Positions 1 to 8,541 of a stretch of 64,000 nt of DNA are shown in pieces; within the stretch, counting starts at the first letter, position 1; each line of letters opens with the position of its first letter. The DNA is taken from NCBI GenBank assembly GCA_026416125.1, contig JAOAFT010000003.1, positions 82,022 through 146,021 of the forward strand, written 5' to 3'. This DNA comes from Bacteroidota bacterium. Lineage in GTDB: Bacteria; Bacteroidota; Ignavibacteria; UBA10030. A program made the translations under genes and the position numbers. The notes under the pieces were generated by a model, which saw only the letters and a list, made by a program, of their open reading frames with translations, had not been told where the DNA came from and ran no database searches.

Positions 1-98
1 TATGAGAAATTCCCACCTTGAATTTCCTGCGCATACGTCAAAGTTACAAATGATGCTAGTATAAAACACACTAGTGAAAGAAGTGCTAATTTTTTCAT
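1..98 (-). CDS. Partial CDS (N-terminus only; gene continues left of window): secreted hypothetical protein with signal peptide
   Basis: Reverse complement of 1-98 reads ATG AAA AAA TTA..., giving MKKLALLSLVCFILASFVTLTYAQEIQGGNFS. The reverse strand has AGGAGG 7 nt upstream of the ATG (plus-strand cctcct at 105-110). The frame is open to the window edge. Confidence 0.45.
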   Translation of the reverse strand, partial: MKKLALLSLVCFILASFVTLTYAQEIQGGNFS

Positions 99-359
99 AG
101 AAACCTCCTTTTTTATTGTAGTGGTTGGTTATTTGTTAATACAGTTACTTATGGCACTATGAGTTTAGCAAGAGTTTCATAAAAACGCAAATGAAATTTC
201 GATAATTGAAAAGGCACAAGGGAAAGTATTTCTAGTAATGCATGGAACGATCATATAAATACAATCATATTGACTCTTTCTTAAAAAGCTTGTATTGTTT
301 CCGTGAGATATCTATGGCTAAATAATCCGAGGGTGTAGGTAGAAAGGAGGAGTAGTTCT

Positions 360-1385
360 ATGCGTAGTCTAGTGTGTCTCATCATCACCCTTCTCACTGT
401 AAATACGTTATACGCTCAATCTGAACCAACCAAACGCTTCGAACGTATTGCTGAAATCATGATGAGAGGTATAAATGAAGGTAATTTTCACCTTATTCAG
501 AATGAATACGGAGCAAACATGGCGGATTTTACGTTTGAGCAAACAACGTATTTCTTTCAAAGTTTAATCGATCGGTTAGGGAAAGCGACCCGTGTGGACC
601 AATTTAAAATTGTTTCAGCTAATCGTGCTGATTTTATTATGTATTTCGAGCGAGGTGCACAAGCGGTCCAATTGTATCTTGATAACCAAAATAAAATTGC
701 AGGATACCTCTTCTCTGAATATACGCCACCACCTCAACCTATTGAGCAGCCACGAGTGCAACAACCCGTGGTGACAGTACCTACTGTACCCGATAAACAA
801 AAAACACCTCTATACTTACCGTTTAAAGGGAGATGGAGTGTTGTTAGTGGTGGTGAACCACGTGAAGGAACAGCAGCTCGTAATCTTCTTACCCAACAGT
901 ATTCTTACGATTTTGTTGCTCTTGATAATCTTGGACGACAATATCGAGGAACAGGTGAGAAAGTTGATGATTACATTGGATTTGGACAGGATGTGCTTGC
1001 TCCTGCAGATGGTGTTGTTGTTGATGTGATAGATGGTGTACGAGACAACCCCCCTGGAAATCGGAACATTTATGCACTCCTAGGGAACACAATTGTAATC
1101 CAACATCAGCCAAATGAATACTCGGTGCTTGGTTATCTTAAGCAAAACAGTATCCGAGTACGAGTTGGGCAACAAGTTACTCGTGGCCAGGTTATTGCAC
1201 AGTGTGGTAATTCTGGAAATTCTGTAGAACCCTCACTCCATTTCCATCTTCAGGATTCACCAATTATGGGAGTTGCAAAAGGGATAAAGTTCTACTTTGA
1301 ACGAGTGTATCACTTCCAAGGAGACCAGAAACAAGAAAAGTCTCTTTTTATTCCTAAGACTGGGGATGTTCTAAGTTCTGAATGA
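360..1385 (+). CDS. M23 family metallopeptidase (LytM-like) with N-terminal signal peptide
   Basis: AAGGAGG RBS at 344-350 and ATG at 360. Signal peptide MRSLVCLIITLLTVNTLYAQ. The C-terminal domain has the M23 signature (CGNSGNSVEPSLHFHLQD, HxH motif, upstream D/H ligand region). Confidence 0.7.
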   Translation: MRSLVCLIITLLTVNTLYAQSEPTKRFERIAEIMMRGINEGNFHLIQNEYGANMADFTFEQTTYFFQSLIDRLGKATRVDQFKIVSANRADFIMYFERGAQAVQLYLDNQNKIAGYLFSEYTPPPQPIEQPRVQQPVVTVPTVPDKQKTPLYLPFKGRWSVVSGGEPREGTAARNLLTQQYSYDFVALDNLGRQYRGTGEKVDDYIGFGQDVLAPADGVVVDVIDGVRDNPPGNRNIYALLGNTIVIQHQPNEYSVLGYLKQNSIRVRVGQQVTRGQVIAQCGNSGNSVEPSLHFHLQDSPIMGVAKGIKFYFERVYHFQGDQKQEKSLFIPKTGDVLSSE

Positions 1386-1511
1386 CATTTAACGCTCTTC
1401 ACAGATTGTAGCACCACCTGTGTCCTAATAGTGTGGGGGAGTATTCGCTGTTAGGATGAATTCCGTACCACAACGATTATCGTTGGTTCAGGTGCGCAGT
1501 GTGGAGGGCGT

Positions 1512-2285
1512 TTATCTTTGATCATTGCCTTGAAAGCGTCCAGTGTACTGTAGTTCAGTTATGAGTATGTATCCAAGTGGTGTTGTAATTAGTCGAGGTG
1601 GTTTTTTCATAGTAAAGGCATTTCTATTGTACCAGAGTGTTCCTGTTATTTTCTTATACTGATGTTGAATTTCTGCTAGGGGGGATAGAGAGTGTTCTTG
1701 TAAAAACATGTTGCCAGTAATGATGTATGGATGTGTGTAGCGTGTTGAATCATAAACCAAGTGAACACAATCCATGAGCTGTTGTTGTCGGATGTTTTCA
1801 GGGAACTGTGCACTTATTACTGTTATGTGGGTTATTCCAATGTCAAGAAGAGTAAGAAGAGCAGCATCAAACGATGTACGATCTATTTTATCAAACGAAA
1901 TGTTCGCGTGAGAAAGTATTGGATAGATGGAAAAAATAGCATTGCCTAGTTGTTTTCCACTACTGTTGAGCATTTCTCCAAAGATGACTTGGGCATCGAA
2001 TACTTTAGAAAACTCTTTAATAAAATCTACTCGAGCAGGCAAATCAGGGTATCGAGTGATATTTTGAATTGTGACAATGTCAATACTATCACTTTTGAGT
2101 AGAGAAGCGAGAGTATGAATATCTTTTTGATCAAAACGTTTGGTAAAGTTTTTTAAGTTGAGTGAAGCAACTCGTACAACATATTCCAGTTTTGGTATTG
2201 ATGTAGTAGTTGGACGTTGTTCTGGTAGTGGAGCACATCCAAGAAAAGTAAGAAACACACTCAGGATGCTAATGAAACGTTTCAC
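1512..2285 (-). CDS. Endonuclease/exonuclease/phosphatase (EEP) family lipoprotein
   Basis: The ORF is open to ATG 2381, but that start would overlap the upstream gene by 68 nt. An in-frame GTG at 2285 begins a typical lipoprotein signal (VKRFISILSVFLTFLGCA, lipobox LGC). The body resembles the EEP fold (LNLKNF..., DIVTIQN...). Confidence 0.55.
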   Translation of the reverse strand: MKRFISILSVFLTFLGCAPLPEQRPTTTSIPKLEYVVRVASLNLKNFTKRFDQKDIHTLASLLKSDSIDIVTIQNITRYPDLPARVDFIKEFSKVFDAQVIFGEMLNSSGKQLGNAIFSIYPILSHANISFDKIDRTSFDAALLTLLDIGITHITVISAQFPENIRQQQLMDCVHLVYDSTRYTHPYIITGNMFLQEHSLSPLAEIQHQYKKITGTLWYNRNAFTMKKPPRLITTPLGYILITELQYTGRFQGNDQR

Positions 2286-2313
2286 GGAATCACCTTTGTT
2301 CTTGCGCTTAACA

Positions 2314-3372
2314 TTACTGAAAGTACCACCGTCCTGGAATAGTAGTGGAACACTGAGGGCATTTACCTTCGACAAGTTCATTCGATAGTATGCGAAACCC
2401 TTTTCGCTCTATGAGGAGCGCTTTACAAGATGGACAGTACGTATTTTCGTAGTTCTGTGTTTCGCCAGGTCGATTTCCCGCATAGACAAATTTGAGACCA
2501 GCTTCGTATCCAATCTTTACAGCTCGCAGTAATGTTGAAGTAGACGTGACTGGTTCTGAAGCTTGCATACGGTATGCATCGTGGTACGCAGTAACATGCC
2601 ATGGTATGGTTGGTGAAACAGAAGCAATGAAATGAGCAATGTCTGCGAGTTCACTGTCGGAGTCATTCTTTCCGGGAATGATGAGTGTGACAATTTCAAT
2701 CCATTTCCCTCGTTTGTATAATGATTCAATTGTTGTAAGCACTGTTTTTAAATTCCCACCGATTTCGGAATAAAATTTTTGGTGGAATGCTTTGAGATCA
2801 ATTTTTATAAGATCGAGCCATGGATCTAAGTATTCGAGGACATCCTCAGAAGCATTTCCATTCGAAACATATGCTGTGATCATCTTATGGTATTTTGCGA
2901 GCTTGAATATTTCTACAGCCCACTCACTAGTAATTAGTGGTTCGTTGTATGTGCTCGTTATAATGTTTGACTTATATGCTTGTGCAAGTTGGATAAGGTG
3001 TTCAGGGGTAATTGTTTCAATATCTGAGTACGCATCTGGATCGCGAAGTACTTGTGAGGTACCCCAGTTTTGGCAAAATGGACACTTCAAATCACAACCA
3101 AGCATTCCAAAACTTAATGTTGAGGATCCAGGAAATGCATGGAAAAAAGGTTTTTTCTCAATGGGATCAAGAGCAAGTCCTGCAACGTATCCATAAGGAA
3201 CATAGAGGGTGCCATTTCTATTAAACCGAACCTTGCAAATACCTTCATTCCCCGGTGCAATTTTGCACTTATGCCCACATGCAACACATTGGACCATAGA
3301 ATTGGGTAACTCACGAAATAGTGTTCCTTTTCGTGAGTAGTGAGTGATAAGTTCTTTGAGAGATGAAGCCAT
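2314..3372 (-). CDS. amrS: AmmeMemoRadiSam-system-type radical SAM enzyme (AmrS-like)
   Basis: The N-terminus has a Cys-rich cap (CVACGHKCKIAPGNEGICKVR) followed by the radical SAM CX3CX2C motif (GCDLKCPFCQNW). Overall length and layout match the AmrS/PflA-like family. Confidence 0.6.
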   Translation of the reverse strand: MASSLKELITHYSRKGTLFRELPNSMVQCVACGHKCKIAPGNEGICKVRFNRNGTLYVPYGYVAGLALDPIEKKPFFHAFPGSSTLSFGMLGCDLKCPFCQNWGTSQVLRDPDAYSDIETITPEHLIQLAQAYKSNIITSTYNEPLITSEWAVEIFKLAKYHKMITAYVSNGNASEDVLEYLDPWLDLIKIDLKAFHQKFYSEIGGNLKTVLTTIESLYKRGKWIEIVTLIIPGKNDSDSELADIAHFIASVSPTIPWHVTAYHDAYRMQASEPVTSTSTLLRAVKIGYEAGLKFVYAGNRPGETQNYENTYCPSCKALLIERKGFRILSNELVEGKCPQCSTTIPGRWYFQ

Positions 3373-3490
3373 TCTTTACTTTAAGTAAGGTAATAAATGA
3401 CGGTAATGATGTCAAGAAACGATGTACAGGATTGCACAAGATATCGAAAAGTGCTACTTTAATTACAGAAAAAATTTTATTTCTGGGACA

Positions 3491-4141
3491 ATGCTTTTTA
3501 TTACATTCGAAGGATTAGATTTTTCGGGAAAAACAACACAGCTCCAGTTGTTGGCTCAACGACTTGAAGGTGAAGGTATATCGTATTTGATTGTACGGGA
3601 GCCTGGTGGTACGAAGATCGGTGAAAAGATCAGAGCAATACTCCTTGATGCTGATAATCGAGAATTGACTGTGGCAAGTGAATTGTTTCTTTTCGAAGCA
3701 AGTCGCTCACAACTTGTCGAAGAAGTAATTAAACCAGCTCTCGACCGCGGAACAGTAGTGTTATGCGATCGTTACTTCGATTCTACAACGGCATACCAAG
3801 GGTATGGCAGAGGATTGTCTTTGGAACTCATCAAGGCAATAAACCGATTTGCAACAGCAGGTCTTGAACCACATATAACATTTTTCATTGATATTCCGGT
3901 TGAGGAACTTGAAAATAGAATTCAACGTACACATTCAATCAGGGATCGGATGGAATTAAATGAACGTGAGTTTTATGATCGCGTACGGAAGGGGTACTTA
4001 GAGTTGGCATACAGTGAAAAGAGATTCCGAGTGTTGAATGGGGTACTGAGTATTAACGAACTTCACTCACGTATATGGGATGAAGTGTGTCATTTTATTT
4101 CAGTAAATATTTCGAAGACTAGTGCGGTGAAAAAGCTATGA
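3491..4141 (+). CDS. tmk: Thymidylate kinase (dTMP kinase)
   Basis: MLFITFEGLDFSGKTTQLQLL P-loop, followed by the REPGGT motif and a DRY-like DRYFDST motif. The internal ATG at 3491 fits the family N-terminus better than the ORF-track start at 3422. Confidence 0.85.
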   Translation: MLFITFEGLDFSGKTTQLQLLAQRLEGEGISYLIVREPGGTKIGEKIRAILLDADNRELTVASELFLFEASRSQLVEEVIKPALDRGTVVLCDRYFDSTTAYQGYGRGLSLELIKAINRFATAGLEPHITFFIDIPVEELENRIQRTHSIRDRMELNEREFYDRVRKGYLELAYSEKRFRVLNGVLSINELHSRIWDEVCHFISVNISKTSAVKKL

Positions 4142-5787
4142 AACGAAAATACCTTCTTATTTGTATTCTTTTAGTAACATTTGTGACAATTGGATTCGTA
4201 GGATACTCCGAGAGTGAGTATTTTCTTAAAATATATCGTGGGATTGATATCTTTACACGGGTATACAAAGAAGTAGCACTTAACTATGTTGATGAAGTAG
4301 ATCCGGAACGTTTCGTACGAGCTGGTATTGAAGGGATGTTGAAAACGCTCGATCCATACACTGTGTACATCGCCGAGAACGAAAAAGATGAAATTGATCT
4401 CTTAACAACTGGTAAATATGGTGGAATCGGTGTTACGATTGGGTTACGTGATGGAGCAATTGTAATCCTAAACTTGATGGAAGGGTACTCAGCTGCCAAG
4501 CAAGGTATGCAGGTAGGGGATAAGATTCTTGAAGTTGATGGAACCCCAGTGAAAGGTAAGTCCCTTGAAAATGTTCGAATGATGGTTCGTGGTGCTCCTG
4601 GTACAGAAGTAAAAATAAAGGTTGAGCGCGAAGGTGAAAGAGCGCCTTTGGAGTTTTCTCTCATCCGAGAAGAAATACTTGTTCGGAATGTCACGTACGT
4701 TGGTTTTGTAAGTACTGGAATTGGATACATCAAGCTAGAACGGTTTAGTCGTACAGCAGGTGAAGATATTCGAAACGCAATCAAAGAGCTAAAAGCAAAA
4801 GGTGATTTAAAGGGTATTATATTAGATTTACGAGGGAATCCTGGTGGTTTGCTCGAAATGGCAGTTGAAGTGGTCTCTGTATTTGTCCCTGAGAGTAGTT
4901 TGATTGTGACAACGCGTGGAAGAAAGTCAGATTCAGAGCGAAAATATTACTCGACGACAAAACCTCTCGTACCCGATATTCCCCTTGCTGTATTGGTCAA
5001 TCGCAATAGTGCCAGTGCTAGTGAAATTGTTGCAGGAGCGATTCAAGATTTAGATCGTGGCATTATTGTTGGTACACGCACATTCGGGAAAGGATTAGTG
5101 CAAACAATCACACAACTTTCGAACAATGCCTCGTTGAAGATTACAACCGCGAGGTACTACACTCCAAGTGGTAGGTGTATCCAGGAAATTGATTATCTCC
5201 ATAGAACAGAAGATGGAAAGGTTACTGTTATCCCTGATAGTGTTCGCCAACAGTACTATACAAAAGGCCATCGCGCTGTCCAAGAAGCTGGTGGTATACA
5301 ACCTGATACCGTTGTTGTAGATTCAGTACAAAACCCATTCATCGAAGAGCTTTCTCGCCAGGGTATGTTTTTTAAGTTTGTTAATCATTTTGTTTCATCG
5401 AATCATCTCACAGGCGATAGTACCATTTCAATGACCTCTGAGATAATTCGTTTGTTTGAAGCATTTACGAAGGAAAAAGGGTTTACCTACAAATCGAAAG
5501 ATGAATCATTGCTTGAAGAATTAAAAAAGAGTTCACGTGAGTACTCAACCAAAGAAGTTGTTCAAACGGTTTTACGTCTTGATTCTCTTCTTCAGAATGA
5601 AAAAGGGAACCTCTTTCGAAAATACCAGAAAGAACTCAGTACAATCTTACAAATTGAATTTGCATATCGCCTGAAAGGTGAGCGAGCACGAATAGAAGCT
5701 GAACTCCCAACAGATGAACAATTTCGAGTTGCACATTCGTTGTTGAAAAATGCAAAACAGTACCATGCCTTGTTGCAAGGTGAGTAA
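4138..5787 (+). CDS. ctpA: Carboxyl-terminal processing protease (S41 peptidase, Ctp/Prc family) with PDZ domain
   Basis: ATGA overlap with the tmk stop. N-terminal TM/signal segment, a PDZ region (GDKILEVDGTPVKG) and the S41 catalytic block (LDLRGNPGGLL ... TFGKGLVQ). Confidence 0.85.
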   Translation: MKRKYLLICILLVTFVTIGFVGYSESEYFLKIYRGIDIFTRVYKEVALNYVDEVDPERFVRAGIEGMLKTLDPYTVYIAENEKDEIDLLTTGKYGGIGVTIGLRDGAIVILNLMEGYSAAKQGMQVGDKILEVDGTPVKGKSLENVRMMVRGAPGTEVKIKVEREGERAPLEFSLIREEILVRNVTYVGFVSTGIGYIKLERFSRTAGEDIRNAIKELKAKGDLKGIILDLRGNPGGLLEMAVEVVSVFVPESSLIVTTRGRKSDSERKYYSTTKPLVPDIPLAVLVNRNSASASEIVAGAIQDLDRGIIVGTRTFGKGLVQTITQLSNNASLKITTARYYTPSGRCIQEIDYLHRTEDGKVTVIPDSVRQQYYTKGHRAVQEAGGIQPDTVVVDSVQNPFIEELSRQGMFFKFVNHFVSSNHLTGDSTISMTSEIIRLFEAFTKEKGFTYKSKDESLLEELKKSSREYSTKEVVQTVLRLDSLLQNEKGNLFRKYQKELSTILQIEFAYRLKGERARIEAELPTDEQFRVAHSLLKNAKQYHALLQGE

Positions 5788-5816
5788 TTGTTTTAGAATT
5801 AAGAAAGGAGGGTGCT

Positions 5817-6107
5817 ATGAAAGCAGGAATTGTGTTTACAGGTTCTGGTCCAATTCTGTTTTTAACAACATACGAATCGTTTACTGATCCTGGCTTAATT
5901 CATAAGTTGCGTGCTAAAGGAATAAAGAAGTTTATTGCCTACGAAATACCTGTTGATCTTGTCAAACGGAAGTATGGAACTCACTTTGAAACGACATTGG
6001 CTGACCTGAAACAAGAAGACGACTTACGAGTTGTTGACTACGATGGTCATCACATTTTCCTCGAGTTTTCGTGGAAAGAACTAGGTACACCAATTTACTA
6101 TGAGTAG
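5817..6107 (+). CDS. Small conserved hypothetical protein (96 aa)
   Basis: Strong RBS AAGGAGG at 5806-5812 and ATG at 5817. No motif I can assign. Confidence 0.45.
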   Translation: MKAGIVFTGSGPILFLTTYESFTDPGLIHKLRAKGIKKFIAYEIPVDLVKRKYGTHFETTLADLKQEDDLRVVDYDGHHIFLEFSWKELGTPIYYE

Positions 6108-6541
6108 ACAAGCGAAAGTTTGAAATCTAATAAACATTGATATTGGACTGGAGACTGTGCAGCAAAGTAAAGCAACCTGAACCCTCAGGAAATGAACATA
6201 AAGTATTTTCTGGTGTGCAGTGCCTGTGCAATTGCAATTCAGTTAAAAGGAACACATGTGTTCTTATATACGTTCATCAGAACGATGTGAGGGTGAGTAT
6301 TAATGAACGACTGAGTGAGAGTAAGGTAGTGCTTAATTAAACGAATGGCATTATCTGTTGGATGTAAATTTCGATTCACGTTTGTTACTACACAGTGTTG
6401 AAAATAATAGCCTTCCCTCAAAGGTGCTCATTCAACTTTCCCGAGTTCAAGTAGATGGTGAAAAGTACCTGTGAAGATGAATTGAATCCCCTTCTCACGA
6501 ATAAATAAACATAATTATTCTAAAAATTCTTGTTTTTCCCC

Positions 6542-6570
6542 TTGACTTTGAAGCTGATTTCCTTAAATTG
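6542..6570 (+). promoter_or_regulatory. Candidate sigma70-type promoter of the dcw operon (TTGACT -35, 16-17 nt spacer, TAAATT -10)
   Basis: ttgact at 6542-6547 and taaatt at 6564-6569, about 60 nt upstream of the mraZ ATG. The repeats that follow lie immediately downstream. Confidence 0.35.
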
Positions 6571-6577
6571 AGGGTAA

Positions 6578-6607
6578 AATGTGGGGAAATGTGGGGAATA
6601 ATGGTGT
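6578..6607 (+). promoter_or_regulatory. Three tandem 10-bp direct repeats (AATGTGGGGA / AATGTGGGGA / ATAATGGTGT): putative MraZ operator (MraZ boxes)
   Basis: Read directly at 6578-6607. The repeats have 10-bp periodicity and a GTGGG core, and sit between the putative -10 and the mraZ start. In E. coli, MraZ binds three direct TGGGN-type repeats with similar spacing in its own promoter. Confidence 0.55.
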
Positions 6608-6627
6608 ACTGAAGGATTTCAACATTT

Positions 6628-7077
6628 ATGTCGTCGTTTAAAGGTCGATACGTTTATTCTGTTGATGAAAAAGGCCGAATAGCACTTCCAGCGAAACTTA
6701 GAAAAAATGTCTCACCCAAAGCAAAGAACAACTTTGTCATTACCCGTGGATTTGAACGTTGTTTATATGTGTACCCACAGGATGAGTGGGATAAATTAGA
6801 AGAGTATGTGCGTGGGCTTTCATTTCTCGATGCTAAACATCGAGACTTTCGTCGGACACTCTTTGAATGGGCAATCGACTCAGAGCTTGATAGTCAATAT
6901 CGAATAACAGTACCACAGGAGTTGCTTGACTACGCTGGGATTGAAAAGGAAGTACTAGTATTAGGTGTTGTGGATAGAATAGAATTATGGAGTCCGGTTG
7001 TATATCGAGAATTTCGACAAATGCAACCTGTAACGTATGAAACTGTTGCTGAGCAAGTCTACAAGCAACAACCGTAA
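6628..7077 (+). CDS. mraZ: Transcriptional regulator MraZ
   Basis: The N-terminus MSSFKGRYVYSVDEKGRIALPAKLRK is the canonical MraZ duplicated-domain start. First gene of the dcw cluster. Confidence 0.9.
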   Translation: MSSFKGRYVYSVDEKGRIALPAKLRKNVSPKAKNNFVITRGFERCLYVYPQDEWDKLEEYVRGLSFLDAKHRDFRRTLFEWAIDSELDSQYRITVPQELLDYAGIEKEVLVLGVVDRIELWSPVVYREFRQMQPVTYETVAEQVYKQQP

Positions 7078-7088
7078 GAGGTGGAGAC

Positions 7089-8024
7089 TTGCACACGACA
7101 GAAAATTTTCATACTCCCGTTCTTTTACAGGAGGTGCTTCACTATTTACTTTCTGTACAGGACGGGATTTTTGTTGATGGAACTGTAGGAGGTGGAGGCC
7201 ACGCTCGGGCAATACTTGAGCGTTTATCGCCTAGGGGGCGGTTAATTGCGCTCGACATTGATAATGATGCACTTATACATGCATCGCGTACTGTTGAATC
7301 GTACAAAGATCGTGTGACATTGATTCATTCAAATTTCAAAATGTTACGACAAGTGCTTTCGGATTGTAATGTTTCTACAATTAACGGGTTACTCCTCGAT
7401 TTAGGTGTGTCATCGTATCAACTTGATACACCAACGAAGGGATTCAGTTTTCAAACGCGTGGTATGCTTGATATGCGGATGAATCAAGAAGGGGCTCTAA
7501 CAGCGTACGATGTTGTAAATAGGTATAGTGAAGAAGCTCTCGCTACTCTTTTATGGGAATACGGTGAAGAACGACAATCGAGAAAAATTGCTCGGGCAAT
7601 TGTCGCATACCGAAAGCACAAAGCAATCGAAACCACAGATGAATTGGTTTCTATCATTCGATCAAATGTGTCGAAGCAATACCTTATAAAAACCCTTGCA
7701 CGTGTTTTTCAAGCAATACGAATAGAAGTAAACCATGAGCTTGATAACTTACGGCAGGTACTCCACGATGGTATTGATCTTTTGGCAAAAGGGGGACGCA
7801 TTGTGGTTCTCTCATATCACTCCTTGGAAGATAGGATTGTGAAAGAAACATTTAAACTTGCTTCAGGATTTACAGCAGGGAGCAATTTGTGGATACAAGA
7901 ACCTGTTCCAGTACGTCCACAGGTGCGAGTACTTACAAAGAAACCAATTGTACCGTCAAAAGAAGAAATTCAGAGGAATCCACGCGCTCGGAGTGCGAAA
8001 ATGAGAGTTGCGGAAAAGGTGTAG
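7089..8024 (+). CDS. rsmH: 16S rRNA (cytosine1402-N4)-methyltransferase RsmH (MraW)
   Basis: SAM-MTase motifs (VDGTVGGGGHA, LLDLGVSS). Position after mraZ. Confidence 0.9.
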   Translation: MHTTENFHTPVLLQEVLHYLLSVQDGIFVDGTVGGGGHARAILERLSPRGRLIALDIDNDALIHASRTVESYKDRVTLIHSNFKMLRQVLSDCNVSTINGLLLDLGVSSYQLDTPTKGFSFQTRGMLDMRMNQEGALTAYDVVNRYSEEALATLLWEYGEERQSRKIARAIVAYRKHKAIETTDELVSIIRSNVSKQYLIKTLARVFQAIRIEVNHELDNLRQVLHDGIDLLAKGGRIVVLSYHSLEDRIVKETFKLASGFTAGSNLWIQEPVPVRPQVRVLTKKPIVPSKEEIQRNPRARSAKMRVAEKV

Positions 8025-8025
8025 T

Positions 8026-8541
8026 ATGGATGGCAAAAGAAGGTACGGAATAGAAGGATACATTGATCGAGCGTACGACGAAGTTGACACAGGAACAACC
8101 CAGGAAGTGTCTGGTAGAATAGATGGTGTTGCTGAGGGTGTACGTACTCCATTCCTGGAACGTAAGTATTCCAATCCTATTTCCCACACTGTTCGTGTGC
8201 CTAAGCGTAAAAGTATTTCACCGTTTGCTGTTGTTGTTGCTCTCTTTGTTGCAGCGATTCTCATAGTATTGTACATCAACAATATTATCACTGTCAATCA
8301 TTTAATGCGGGAAATCAGTGTTCTCGAATCGAAACACCAACGCTTGGTGAATGATCAGGAAATACTGCGTGCAAGGATTCATAAGCTCTCATCCTTTGAT
8401 CGTGTACAGCGGATTGCACAGAGTAATCGAGGGTTAACATTCCCCAAAGAAGCCCCACAGGTACTACTTGTTGATCCAGAGCGACTTTATGAAGCGAAAC
8501 GACTGTTGAATCGGATGGAGGGGACAATAACAAAGGAATGA
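8026..8541 (+). CDS. ftsL: Cell division protein FtsL-like (single TM plus coiled coil)
   Basis: ATG at 8026 is 1 nt after the rsmH stop (ORF track begins at 8008 inside rsmH). TM helix ISPFAVVVALFVAAILIVLYI followed by a leucine-zipper-like coiled coil. Canonical dcw position between rsmH and ftsI. Confidence 0.55.
   Translation: MDGKRRYGIEGYIDRAYDEVDTGTTQEVSGRIDGVAEGVRTPFLERKYSNPISHTVRVPKRKSISPFAVVVALFVAAILIVLYINNIITVNHLMREISVLESKHQRLVNDQEILRARIHKLSSFDRVQRIAQSNRGLTFPKEAPQVLLVDPERLYEAKRLLNRMEGTITKE

Noticed and set aside
1468-1487. Perfect 15-bp palindrome caacgattatcgttg between the convergent M23 peptidase and EEP genes
   Set aside because: The 1-nt centre cannot form a stable terminator hairpin and there is no U-tract. 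It could be a protein-binding site, but there is no supporting evidence.
4284-4784. 166-aa ORF on the - strand inside the ctp gene
   Set aside because: Lies entirely antisense to a well-supported S41 protease gene. Ser/Pro/Thr/Arg-rich low-complexity translation typical of antisense frames. No RBS.
6137-6421. Two overlapping short ORFs (67 aa on +, 60 aa on -) in the long intergenic region upstream of mraZ
   Set aside because: Cys/Asn-rich low-complexity translations with no RBS. More likely non-coding (see the finding on this region).
6578-6607. Direct repeats considered as a possible mini-CRISPR or tandem repeat array
   Set aside because: Only about 2.5 copies of a 10-bp unit with no spacers. 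The position in a promoter fits an operator (MraZ boxes) instead.
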